A stretch of 64,000 nucleotides of DNA, from positions 448,001-512,000 of the forward strand of contig CAWJEN010000005.1 of NCBI GenBank assembly GCA_963841915.1, written 5' to 3'. The notes beneath the pieces are model-generated. The model did no database searches and was not told the DNA's origin. It was given only the letters and a program-made list of their open reading frames with translations. The translations under genes and the position numbers were made by a program. Within the stretch, counting starts at the first letter, position 1; every line of letters starts with the position of its first letter. Source of the stretch: an uncultured Planctomycetota bacterium. GTDB taxonomy: Bacteria > Planctomycetota > Phycisphaerae > Tepidisphaerales > Tepidisphaeraceae. Below, piece after piece: positions 19,764-29,342 of this stretch.

Positions 19764-20753
19764 ATGCGTCGCACCTTTCTCATCTGCGACGATCGAGCGT
19801 CAGCCGACATCGGCGTGCGGTTGTTGATCGCGTCGCTCGATCGATACGCTCCAAGCGAGCCGATTCACCTTGTCTTTCCACCGGCAAACGACGCATTAGA
19901 AGCGTGGCTTTCGACAAAGCCGAACGTAGCGCTGCACACAGGTTGGCCTTCACCGTACGGCGGTTGGGACGTCAAACCGGCGGCCATCATTGAGGCTCTT
20001 GAACGTGCCGAAGAAGTCATCTGGCTCGACAGCGACGTCATTTGCGCCGGTGACCCGCGGCCGTTGTTCGATGGCCTGGACGCGCAGACGCTGGCGGTCG
20101 GTGAAGAACCTCACAACGGGACGATCAAGGGCGGCTGCGAGGGCAGGGCCGCCGACTGGCTCTTTAAAGTCGGTCGAAAGCTGCCCGCGCTCAACAGCGG
20201 CACCGTGCGGGCGACGCGTCATCACCTTCCGCTCCTCGAGGCGTGGCGGGAGGCGATGAACGACGACCGGTATCGCGACAACCAGACCCGACATCAGCGC
20301 GATCGCGACCTCGGCTGCGTGGGTGATCAAGACGTGCTCAGCGCCCTCGTCGGCTCGGCCGAATTTGCCGATGTGCCGGTCAAACTGCTACGGAGCGGAC
20401 GAGACGTCGTGCAAAATCTCGGCACGTTCGGCTGGCACCCTCGCGACCGACTCCGCTCGATGCTCAGCGGCTCGCCGCCTCTGGTGCATGCCCTGGGGCC
20501 AAAGCCCTGGACGTTCAACGGGCCGCTGTCGTCCGAAGCGGCAGGACAAGCCAGGCACGATGCTTTTGCGGCAGAGTTTTCCATCTACGGCCTCGTCGCG
20601 TCCCGCTTTGCTACATCGGCAGGAGTACCGCCGGAGCAAATGCGTTGGCTCAAGCCTCGCTCCAAACCCGGCCGCCTCCTACGTCTGCTTGATCTGCGAC
20701 TGGCCCCGCTGCGTGGCTTGCCACTTTCGCTCGGACGCCTTCTCAAAAGTTGA
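19764..20753 (+). CDS. GT-A fold glycosyltransferase (GT8/nucleotide-diphospho-sugar transferase-like)
   Basis: KP..I, WLDSD (DxD), LNSG, GDQDVL, VH..G.KPW. Confidence 0.75.
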   Translation: MRRTFLICDDRASADIGVRLLIASLDRYAPSEPIHLVFPPANDALEAWLSTKPNVALHTGWPSPYGGWDVKPAAIIEALERAEEVIWLDSDVICAGDPRPLFDGLDAQTLAVGEEPHNGTIKGGCEGRAADWLFKVGRKLPALNSGTVRATRHHLPLLEAWREAMNDDRYRDNQTRHQRDRDLGCVGDQDVLSALVGSAEFADVPVKLLRSGRDVVQNLGTFGWHPRDRLRSMLSGSPPLVHALGPKPWTFNGPLSSEAAGQARHDAFAAEFSIYGLVASRFATSAGVPPEQMRWLKPRSKPGRLLRLLDLRLAPLRGLPLSLGRLLKS

Positions 20754-20844
20754 AGCAAGTATCAGCGTTCAGAGTATGACGAATTACATGATGGTTCCGC
20801 TACTACCTACTTGAAACTTCACAACGAGTGACGCATCTTGGTGC

Positions 20845-21681
20845 GTGGTGAACGTCCTCAAGCAACTCGACAGCGTCCTGCGGGGCGAAGGAACACGGGC
20901 CGAAGTTCTCAGGCAAGGAAGGCTCGACGTCAGCGGCAGGGCGATGCTGGTCATCGTCCTCGTGCTGGGCGTCTTCTACGGAGCTTGCATGGGCTGCTTC
21001 AACATCGCCACCGGCAACGGCGCGTCGATGCAGATTCTCAGCAGTGCCATCAAGGTGCCAATGCTCTTCCTGCTGACACTGACGGTGACGTTCCCGTCGC
21101 TTTACGTCTTCAACGCGCTCGTCGGAAGCCGCCTGAGTCTTATCAACATGGCCCGCCTCATCATGGCTGCAATCGGCGTCATGCTGGCGGTGCTGGCCGG
21201 TTTCGGCACCATCGTCGCATTCTTTAACTTCACGACGACAAGCTACCCGTTCATTCTGCTATTGAACGTCATCGTCTTCGCGGTGGCGGGCATGCTGGGG
21301 CTCAGCTTTCTGCTGCAAACGCTCCGCCGCATGGTCGAGCCGGCAAAGCCTTTACCACCCGAAGACCTCGTCACGCCAGCCGACGACGAGCCGTTGACCA
21401 CACCTGAAGCCATCGCCCAATATGCCGCCCGCCACGAAGTTCGCAAGCGTGCTGCCGGTGCACTGGATCGACTACAGGACGGCCCAACGGACAACACGGT
21501 CCGCACCATCTTTCGCATCTGGGTCGTGATCTTTGCACTTGTCGGGGCGCAGATGAGCTGGGTCTTGCGCCCGTTTGTCGGCAGCTACGACGAGGGCAAC
21601 TTCGTCTGGTTCCGCGGAAGAGGCGGCAACTTCTTCGAGCGGGTCTTCGGCATCATCAGCGAACTGCTCGGCATCAGTTGA
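20845..21681 (+). CDS. Conserved multi-TM protein, paralog A
   Basis: About 5 TM helices; SAIKVP.LFL.T...TFPSLYVFN and VGAQMSWVLRPFVG motifs. Confidence 0.8.
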   Translation: MVNVLKQLDSVLRGEGTRAEVLRQGRLDVSGRAMLVIVLVLGVFYGACMGCFNIATGNGASMQILSSAIKVPMLFLLTLTVTFPSLYVFNALVGSRLSLINMARLIMAAIGVMLAVLAGFGTIVAFFNFTTTSYPFILLLNVIVFAVAGMLGLSFLLQTLRRMVEPAKPLPPEDLVTPADDEPLTTPEAIAQYAARHEVRKRAAGALDRLQDGPTDNTVRTIFRIWVVIFALVGAQMSWVLRPFVGSYDEGNFVWFRGRGGNFFERVFGIISELLGIS

Positions 21682-21708
21682 GACTCGGTTGACGCTGCAC
21701 CTGTGACG

Positions 21709-22374
21709 ATGCCACTGTCTTTTGCCATTCTCGACCATGCTGCAGGTCGCCTGCTGCGGTCGCGCGTGCCGTCTGTGTCACCGTTAGAAGCACTCGTTGT
21801 TGCCACCACGCTTGGGCTGACGTACGGGCTGGTGATGGGCACGTTCAGCGGCTTGTGGGACGGCCGCACGTTGCAGTTGTTGTACTCGGCGGTGAAGGTC
21901 CCGATGTTGCTCATCGTCACGTTCGCCATCGCGCTGCCGAGCTTCTTTGTCTTGAACACATTGGCGGGCGTTGGTGGCGACTTTCGACAGGTCCTGCGTG
22001 CACTTCTCGCAACACAGGCAGGCGTGACAGTTGCGTTGATCGCACTAGCGCCACTTACATTTTTCTGGTACGCCAGCAACACGAACTACTCGGCAGCAAT
22101 CCTTGTCAACGCCGCCGCATTTGGATTGGCCAGCTTCGCTGGGCAGGTGCTGCTGACCCGCTACTACAAGCCTCTCGAGGCCATGAACCCGATCCATCGA
22201 CTGCTCCGTTGGACGTGGATCTTCGTCTACGCCTTCGTCGGTATCCAGATGGGCTGGACGCTTCGCCCGTTCATCGGTCAGCCCGGCAGCCCGGAGCAAT
22301 TCTTCCGCGAAGGAGCGTGGGGCAATGCGTACATTGAACTGTTCGTGATTTTACAACGAGCATTTGGTCTCTAA
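21709..22374 (+). CDS. Conserved multi-TM protein, paralog B
   Basis: SAVKVP.LL..T..IALPSFFVLN and VGIQMGWTLRPFIG; clearly homologous to the upstream gene. Confidence 0.8.
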   Translation: MPLSFAILDHAAGRLLRSRVPSVSPLEALVVATTLGLTYGLVMGTFSGLWDGRTLQLLYSAVKVPMLLIVTFAIALPSFFVLNTLAGVGGDFRQVLRALLATQAGVTVALIALAPLTFFWYASNTNYSAAILVNAAAFGLASFAGQVLLTRYYKPLEAMNPIHRLLRWTWIFVYAFVGIQMGWTLRPFIGQPGSPEQFFREGAWGNAYIELFVILQRAFGL

Positions 22375-22382
22375 AGAGCGGC

Positions 22383-23864
22383 TCAGCCGTACGCCTCGAT
22401 GATTCTTTCGATGACCGTGCTCGTGCTGCGTCCCTCGACCAGCGGGGCCAGCGCGACGCGGCCGCCGTTGGCCTCGACGATGTCCCAGCCAACGACCTGC
22501 TCCTTTTCGTAGTCAGCCCCTTTGACGAGGACATCAGGTCGGAACCGGTCGATGAGGGCCAACGGCGTGTCGTCGTCAAACGTCACGAGGTAGTCGATGC
22601 TCTCCAGCTCGGCCAGCACGCCCATGCGGTCGCTCAGATTCACGATCGGCCGCTTGTCACCCTTGAGGCGGCGGATGCTCTGATCCGTGTTCACGCCGAC
22701 CACGAGCAGGTCGCCTTGACTTTTGGCGTAGCGAAAATACTCGACATGTCCGAGGTGGATCAGGTCAAAGCATCCGTTGGTGAAGACGACGCGACGACCG
22801 GCGGCTTTGTGGCGTTTCAGCTCGTCCGCCAGATCGTCTTCGGAGCGTTCCTTTCCGACGTCACGCCTCAGATCGCTCATCAGTTCCGCCACGATCTCGT
22901 CCGGCCGCACGGGCGCCGCACCGAATCGCTCGACTTCCAGGCCGCTGGCAACATTCGCTAGTGCCGTCGCATCCGCCCACGATCCACCCGCCGCCCTCGC
23001 CGCGGCAAGCATGGCGAGGAACATGTCACCGGCCCCGGTCACGTCTGCGACACTTCGGGCCCGCGTTGCCAGTTGCCTGGCCTCTCCTTCGCGCGTGGCG
23101 AGGAAGGCACCGTCCTTGTCGACGGTGACGATGATGGCCTCGAGTTCGAGCTCCTGCAGCAGCTGCCGACCGGCTTGCTCTACACCTTCGAGGTCGTCGC
23201 AGTTCACGCCTGTCGCCGCTTGCGCCTCGCGACGATTCAGCTTCAGGCAGGTCGCACCTTTGTATTTCGCCAGCGATGAGACGCTCGGCGGATCTACGAG
23301 CGTCGGGACACCTGCCGCCCTGCAGGCCGTGATTGCCTCCCGAACAACACCTTCGCAGCAGACGCCCTTGTTGTAATCTTCGATGCAGACCACATCGACT
23401 TCGCCCACAATGGCCGCCACGCTGCCGCTGACTGCAGAGCAGGCGGCGTCGTCCAGGTCGGCCACGTCCTCGTAGTCGAGCCGGATCATCTGCTGCGGCG
23501 TGCGGTGCTGGGCCATGCCGACCAGACGGACCTTGCTCGTCGTCGGCCGCCCGGGCACATCAATCAGGCCGGTCGCGTCGACGCCTTCTTCTTCGAGCGT
23601 GGCGCGCAGTCGGCCGGCCATCGCGTCGTCGCCTCCGGCGCCCACAGCCTTGACGCTCAAACCCAACGCCGCCAGATCAGCAGCAACGTGACCCGCGCCG
23701 CCGAGCCGTGTCTCTTCTTTGCGAAAATGCAGCACCGGCACAGGTGCTTCGGGCGAAAGGCGATCGGCCGTGCCGAAGAGGTAGCGGTCGAGCATGAAAT
23801 CGCCCAGCACTGCTGCGCGGAGGCCGGTGAGTCGGCCGACGATGTCGATGAGTCCGCTGGACAT
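22383..23864 (-). CDS. hldE: Bifunctional heptose-7-phosphate kinase / heptose-1-phosphate adenylyltransferase
   Basis: RLSPEAPVPV, DVTGAGD, VFTNGCFDLIHLGH, LVKGADY. Confidence 0.95.
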   Translation of the reverse strand: MSSGLIDIVGRLTGLRAAVLGDFMLDRYLFGTADRLSPEAPVPVLHFRKEETRLGGAGHVAADLAALGLSVKAVGAGGDDAMAGRLRATLEEEGVDATGLIDVPGRPTTSKVRLVGMAQHRTPQQMIRLDYEDVADLDDAACSAVSGSVAAIVGEVDVVCIEDYNKGVCCEGVVREAITACRAAGVPTLVDPPSVSSLAKYKGATCLKLNRREAQAATGVNCDDLEGVEQAGRQLLQELELEAIIVTVDKDGAFLATREGEARQLATRARSVADVTGAGDMFLAMLAAARAAGGSWADATALANVASGLEVERFGAAPVRPDEIVAELMSDLRRDVGKERSEDDLADELKRHKAAGRRVVFTNGCFDLIHLGHVEYFRYAKSQGDLLVVGVNTDQSIRRLKGDKRPIVNLSDRMGVLAELESIDYLVTFDDDTPLALIDRFRPDVLVKGADYEKEQVVGWDIVEANGGRVALAPLVEGRSTSTVIERIIEAYG

Positions 23865-23974
23865 GGGGGCGGCAGTCTACCGGCCTGCACCTTAAGAAGT
23901 CGCGGGGTCAGCCGTAACGAAGAGGCGACTGGCGTGTGTTACGCTCTACCCGTCGTCTACCCGATGCCCACGCC

Positions 23975-25891
23975 ATGAGTACGCCTGCCAATCCCGTCGA
24001 ACGTCACGTCGCCTCCGTTCAGCGGAAGATGGTCGCACACACCTTCTTCAGGCGGTTTGCGATTGCGCTGCTTGTCTTGGGTGGCGTGGTGTGGGTGACG
24101 ACGCTCGTCCTCCAGCTGACGGGCCGATACTTGCCCGGGGGGCCTTGGGCGTGGCTGGCCGGTGGGGTAGGCGTGGCAGCGTTGGCGACGCTGGGATGGG
24201 CGATCTACAAGCGGCCGACGAAGCATGACGCAGCCGTCGCCATCGACGAGCGACTCGGCCTGCATGAGCGGTTCAGCACGGCATTGGCCGTCGCACAAAG
24301 CGGCGACGCCTTCAGCAAGCTTGCCGCCGACGATGCCATGCGGGCGGCGGGCACAGTCAACCTGCGGAAGAAGTTCCCGCTGGCTTGGCCGCCTACGTAT
24401 GCCGGTGTGCTGGCTTGGGCGGCGGTCATCGGGCTCACTGTGTGGCTCGTCGAGCCGATCGCCAGTGCTGAAGAGCAGGTCCAGGTAGATGACGGCATTG
24501 AACAGCGAAACGAGAAGGCCCGTGCCTCGGCAGAGGCGGCCATTCAGCAGCAGGCTGCCGCCATCGAGGCGCTGCCGCCAGAGATTGCAGATCGTGAGGA
24601 GTTCCGTGTCGTGAAGGACCGGCTCGAGGAGGCCAGGCGGTCGCTGACAGATGATCCGACCCGCGCCCGCAAGACGGCACGCGAGGCCAGCGACGCCATG
24701 GCAGACGCCCTGAAGAAGCAGATTGAAAAGGGCGAGGCTTACAGCCGTGCCAAGGAGCAGGCGCGGGCGTTCAAGCAGACGGATGGCCCCTCACCCGAAG
24801 AGCGTGGACCGGTCGCCGACGCGCACAGAGCGTTGAAGGATGCCGACTTTACCGAGGCGATGAAGCAGCTCGAAGAAGCTGTCAACAACTTCGACGAGAT
24901 GACACAAGGCGAGAAGGAAGAGGCGGCGGATCAGATGCAGAGCATGGCGCAGGCGCTGCAGAACATGGCCAATGACCCGGCAGCCCAGCAGCAGATGCAA
25001 CAGCAAATGCAGCAGGCGGGCATGAGCCAGCAGCAGGCACAGCAGGCGGCACAGCTCATGAAGCAGGCCGCCCAGGGCAATCAGCAGTCGGCCCAGCAGC
25101 TCCAGCAGTTGCAGCAGCAGGCCATGCAGCAAATGAACAACGGCCAAGGTCCGAGCCAGCAGCAGGCGAGCCAGATGCAGCAAATGATGCAGCAGCTCGG
25201 CCAACAGGCCGGTGCTCAGGTGCAGGCCCAGCAGATGGGCCAACAGGCTCAGCAGATGGCGCAGGCGATGGGCCAGCAAGCACAACAGGGGCAGCAGCAA
25301 GGACAGCAGGGTGGCGGCCAAGGCGGCCAAGGCATGCAGCAGTCAGCCCAGCAAATGCAACAGGCCATGGGCCAGATGCAGGCCATGCAGCAACAGGCAC
25401 AACAACTCCAACAAGCTCAAGCCGCCAGCCAGGGCCAGGGTCAAGGGCAAGGACAGGGTCAAGGGCAGGGACAGGGACAAGGACAACAGGGTCAAGGACA
25501 ACAGGGGCAAGGGCAACAGGGGCAGGGACAAGGCCAAGGGCAGGGCTCTGGGCAGTGGAACCCCGGTCAGGGCCAGAACCAGGGCAACGGTTCAGGCGGT
25601 CCCGGTCAAGGTAATGGCGGGCGACCGGGCGTTGCACCCGCTCCGTTCGGCCTCAAGCAGGAGCAAAGCGAAAGCTTCGACGACGACGGCGGCAGGACCA
25701 TCGCCAGCACCTTCATCGAAGGCGACGCCCTTCGCGGTGAAAGCGTGGCAGAAGTCCGCGAGATTGCCGAGCGCGAGGCTCGCGACGTGACCGATGAAGT
25801 CGACACGCAGCGGATTCCCCGTGCGGCCCAGGACGCAGTCCGCGAGTACTTCAAGACGCTCGAACGCGACGCCGCCAAAGCCGACGGGTAA
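23975..25891 (+). CDS. Membrane-anchored coiled-coil protein with Gln/Gly-rich low-complexity region
   Basis: 3 N-terminal TM helices, ID..LGL.ERFSTA motif, long Q-rich coil, C-terminal IP....AVREYF. Confidence 0.8.
   Translation: MSTPANPVERHVASVQRKMVAHTFFRRFAIALLVLGGVVWVTTLVLQLTGRYLPGGPWAWLAGGVGVAALATLGWAIYKRPTKHDAAVAIDERLGLHERFSTALAVAQSGDAFSKLAADDAMRAAGTVNLRKKFPLAWPPTYAGVLAWAAVIGLTVWLVEPIASAEEQVQVDDGIEQRNEKARASAEAAIQQQAAAIEALPPEIADREEFRVVKDRLEEARRSLTDDPTRARKTAREASDAMADALKKQIEKGEAYSRAKEQARAFKQTDGPSPEERGPVADAHRALKDADFTEAMKQLEEAVNNFDEMTQGEKEEAADQMQSMAQALQNMANDPAAQQQMQQQMQQAGMSQQQAQQAAQLMKQAAQGNQQSAQQLQQLQQQAMQQMNNGQGPSQQQASQMQQMMQQLGQQAGAQVQAQQMGQQAQQMAQAMGQQAQQGQQQGQQGGGQGGQGMQQSAQQMQQAMGQMQAMQQQAQQLQQAQAASQGQGQGQGQGQGQGQGQGQQGQGQQGQGQQGQGQGQGQGSGQWNPGQGQNQGNGSGGPGQGNGGRPGVAPAPFGLKQEQSESFDDDGGRTIASTFIEGDALRGESVAEVREIAEREARDVTDEVDTQRIPRAAQDAVREYFKTLERDAAKADG
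25429..25545 (+). repeat. Coding (QG)n / QGQQG microsatellite
   Basis: CAGGGN/CAAGGN hexamer repeats with variable third codon positions. Confidence 0.8.
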
Positions 25892-25966
25892 GGCGAATGT
25901 GCAACACGTTGTGACGGCAATGCGTCCGGCTTCGAATGATCGGACGTTGCCGTTATCCTGATCAGG

Positions 25967-26569
25967 ATGCGCAAGGATGCGATCGATCTGCTGGACCGCG
26001 TGGCAACGGGCAAGAGGCAGTTGCCTTTTAACGAAGCGTTTCCGACGGCGGCCGTCGATGCTCCGGCCCGGCACGATGTCGCCGCTGCGGTGGAGGCGGC
26101 GTTGTTTGCATCACCCGAAGCCGTCGACGCCGTCCGCTTGGCTGATGCCGTCGACATCACTCCGGCGGCGGTCCGGCTTGCGGTCGACTCGCTCAATGAC
26201 ACCTATGAGGAAACCGGCCGATCGTTTCGCATTCGCGAAACGGCCCGCGGCTACCGGTACATGACGCTTCCGAGCTTCGACGAAGTTGTCAGGCGGCTGC
26301 TCGAACTTGAGATCCGACGCAAGCGGCTCACGCCTGCCGTGCGAGAGACGCTCGCCATTGTCGCCTATCGCCAACCCACCTTGCGGAGTGATGTCGAGGC
26401 CGTTCGCGGCGTTGACAGCGGCAACGCACTGCGCACATTGCTCGATGAGAAGCTCGTCCACGTCGCCGGCCGTGCCGACCTGCCTGGGCGGCCAATGTTG
26501 TACAAGACGACCGAACGTTTTCTTGATCTGCTCGGCTTGGCGACGATCGAGCAATTACCAGAGGCGTGA
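25967..26569 (+). CDS. scpB: SMC-Scp complex subunit ScpB
   Basis: VEAALFAS, ETLAIVAYRQP, VEAVRGV, PGRPMLY.TT..FL. Confidence 0.93.
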   Translation: MRKDAIDLLDRVATGKRQLPFNEAFPTAAVDAPARHDVAAAVEAALFASPEAVDAVRLADAVDITPAAVRLAVDSLNDTYEETGRSFRIRETARGYRYMTLPSFDEVVRRLLELEIRRKRLTPAVRETLAIVAYRQPTLRSDVEAVRGVDSGNALRTLLDEKLVHVAGRADLPGRPMLYKTTERFLDLLGLATIEQLPEA

Positions 26570-27946
26570 TCACGCGAGCCCCAGCCACGGGGCGACCGGC
26601 CCTAGAACGATTGCCAATCCCATGAGGGCCGGTCGCACGTAATCGGCGACGTGGTTGTAGAACAGGATCAGGAGCAGTGAAGCAGCCGCGAGATATGGGC
26701 CGAACGGCATCTCGCGGAGCGACTTGGTGAGCATTTGCACGACGGCAAAAGCCAGGCCCAGCAAGGCCGCCGGGAAGACTGCAATGGCGGCAGGCCCGGC
26801 ACCGAGGCAGGCACCGACGCCGAACATCAGGTCGGCGTCACCGAGTCCCATCGCCTCGCGACCGAAGGCGAGGGAGCCGAACAGGCGGACGCCCCAGATG
26901 ACGCCACCCCCGACGAGGCCACCCAGCACGGCACCCAGCCCGCTGGCAAGTGGCCTTGTCTCTGCAATTGAGGTGAAGGTTGATGCCAATGGCCCGAGTG
27001 CCAGCCACACCGTCAAAAGACCGAGAAGTACGGGGAAAGTAAGAAACGCCAGCTCCCAGAGCATCTCGCGACGGACGAGTCGGGCCTCGTCTCTCGCCTC
27101 GACCGCGGTCCGTTGTGCTGAGCCACCGGCGGCAATGCGTTCAACTTCCAGCATCGGAAGCTCGTCGCGGAAACTCTGCCTGAGCAAGCCGAATTTCAAA
27201 AACATAAGGGAAAGCAGCAAGCCTACACCGCCGCCGATGGCCCAGGCGCAGCCGACGGGGCCGACGCTGACGTCGAGCGGGCCGTTGACATTGCCGAAGG
27301 CCGTGTGCAGGCCGACGCCGAAGACGGCCGGCAGGTAGCTCAGGCCACGCGGAATGTGGAAGTGCTCCGCATCGATCATCGACGCGCCGAGCAGGCACCA
27401 CACGAGCATGAGCAGGATGACGAGCATCGGCCAATCGGCCAGCACCTCCGCCGTCGCCCGCAGGTACGACACCGGCGGCACGCCGACGACGCCGTTAGTC
27501 GTTACCGGCTCATAACTTCGCAGGCCGCTGTACGTCGTGCTGGTGATGTTCCCGGCGAGTTCGATAGTCGGTGTCGGCGGACCCCAGGCGGGGCCCAGCA
27601 GGAAGATCGTGACATACAAACCGACGAAAAGCACCGCCGTCGCCGCCTCGACAATCGGATACCGCGGGCTGATCGGCAGGCCACAGTTGCGACACTTGCC
27701 GCGGAGTCTGAGCCACCCGATGATCGGCAAGTTATCGTGCCATTTCAGCCCCGCCTCGCATTTTGGACAGCGACTGGGGGGGTAGCTGATGCGCCTTATC
27801 TGTAGCCAGAACGTGCGCAGCAGTCCTAAATTTTCGGGCAATTCCGTCGCGGGTACACGCAGAACAACCACATTAAGGAACGATCCGGCGCACGCCCCGA
27901 AGGCGAACAGGAAGAACAGAGCAATGATGTGAAAAGAGACGGGCAT
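26570..27946 (-). CDS. pilD: Prepilin peptidase (A24, PilD-like)
   Basis: GSFLNVV, CPKC...CRNC Zn site, ID-x-E, AMGLGD, MPFGPYL. Confidence 0.9.
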   Translation of the reverse strand: MPVSFHIIALFFLFAFGACAGSFLNVVVLRVPATELPENLGLLRTFWLQIRRISYPPSRCPKCEAGLKWHDNLPIIGWLRLRGKCRNCGLPISPRYPIVEAATAVLFVGLYVTIFLLGPAWGPPTPTIELAGNITSTTYSGLRSYEPVTTNGVVGVPPVSYLRATAEVLADWPMLVILLMLVWCLLGASMIDAEHFHIPRGLSYLPAVFGVGLHTAFGNVNGPLDVSVGPVGCAWAIGGGVGLLLSLMFLKFGLLRQSFRDELPMLEVERIAAGGSAQRTAVEARDEARLVRREMLWELAFLTFPVLLGLLTVWLALGPLASTFTSIAETRPLASGLGAVLGGLVGGGVIWGVRLFGSLAFGREAMGLGDADLMFGVGACLGAGPAAIAVFPAALLGLAFAVVQMLTKSLREMPFGPYLAAASLLLILFYNHVADYVRPALMGLAIVLGPVAPWLGLA

Positions 27947-28041
27947 CGTGCGGCAGGTCCATCGTCGGATGCCGGGGGTCGCGGGGCAAGTCACAGACGA
28001 CCTTGAGCGGCAAGACCGCCACCCATCGATACGCTTGCGTC

Positions 28042-29337
28042 ATGACACAGATGCTTTGCGGGTTGTTCGTGCTATGCCTGACACTCCCCGTCGCCGCCGA
28101 CTGGGAAGCCGACGCCGACAGACGCATCGAGCAGCACCGCAAGGGTGACTTCGCCGTAAGCGTTGTCGACGCGGCGGGGCGGCCGATGGCGAACGTGCCA
28201 ATTCACCTGCGACTGACCCGGCACGACTACCTCTTCGGCACCGCGCTTGCCGCGCCGTCGCTGGCGTCGCTCTCTGAGAACGATCCGTACAAAGTCTGGG
28301 CAAAACAGCTCTTCAATCGCGGCACCCTTGAGAACTACCACAAGTGGTACGCCCAGCAGCCTAAGCAGAAGGACAAGCGGGCGGTCGCCGACGCGGCCGT
28401 CGCGTGGATGCGAGACAACGGCATGACCGTCACCGGTCATGTCGTTTTGTGGGCGTCGATCAAGTACGGCGTCCCCATGAGCGACGAAGCCGAAGCCATC
28501 GTTCAGCAAGACACACATACCGACGAGGACCGTCAAACCCTCCGACGCCTCGTCCTCGGGCACGGCCGCGACATCGCCGAGCGACACGGAGGCAGAGTCG
28601 AGATGTGGGACGTGCTCAACGAACACTTCAGCGAGCACGAGATCTCCAAGATCACGCACCCCGATGACCCGCAGCGCGACCCGCTCCTGGTCGAGCTTTT
28701 TAAGATTGTTCGCAAAGCAGACCCGGCGGCTCTACTGCTTGTCAATGACTTCCACATCATCGTCGGCGACATGGTCGAGCACAAGGACAGCTACGAGCGA
28801 CTCATTCGCTTCCTGCTCGAGAATGACGCGCCGCTTGGCGGGATCGGTATGCAGTCGCACTACCACAACGGCGGCCTGCGACGCACGCCACAGCAGCTGC
28901 TCGAAACCCTCGACCGCTTCGGCCAGTTCGGCCTGCCGATCCACCTCAGCGAGTTCGATACGTTCGGTGGCAACTGGGGTGAGACGCAGGACGACATCGA
29001 GGCCGCCCAGGCCGAGTGGCTGCGGACGTTCTACAAAATCGCCTTCAGCCACGAGGCGACGATGGGCATCACCATGTGGGGCTTCTGGGACGGCCGCCAC
29101 TGGAACGACTCGGCCCCGCTGTTCCGCAAAGACTGGTCGAAGAAGCCCGGTTACGACGCCTACGTCGGCCTCGTCTTCGGCGAGTGGCAAACGGACGTGC
29201 TTCTGCAAACCGACGCAAACGGCAGAGCTAGCTTTCGCGGCTTCTTCGGCACCTACGTGGCAAGCGTCGGACACGCATCGCACCAGCTCGAACTCACACG
29301 CGACCAGCCGACGGCGACGGTTCAACTTCGGCCGTAG
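28042..29337 (+). CDS. Secreted GH10 endo-1,4-beta-xylanase-like protein
   Basis: Signal peptide; EN..KW, GH.VLW, WDVLNE (acid/base), GIGMQSH, IHLSEFD (nucleophile), WGFWD. Confidence 0.88.
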   Translation: MTQMLCGLFVLCLTLPVAADWEADADRRIEQHRKGDFAVSVVDAAGRPMANVPIHLRLTRHDYLFGTALAAPSLASLSENDPYKVWAKQLFNRGTLENYHKWYAQQPKQKDKRAVADAAVAWMRDNGMTVTGHVVLWASIKYGVPMSDEAEAIVQQDTHTDEDRQTLRRLVLGHGRDIAERHGGRVEMWDVLNEHFSEHEISKITHPDDPQRDPLLVELFKIVRKADPAALLLVNDFHIIVGDMVEHKDSYERLIRFLLENDAPLGGIGMQSHYHNGGLRRTPQQLLETLDRFGQFGLPIHLSEFDTFGGNWGETQDDIEAAQAEWLRTFYKIAFSHEATMGITMWGFWDGRHWNDSAPLFRKDWSKKPGYDAYVGLVFGEWQTDVLLQTDANGRASFRGFFGTYVASVGHASHQLELTRDQPTATVQLRP

Positions 29338-29342
29338 CTAGT

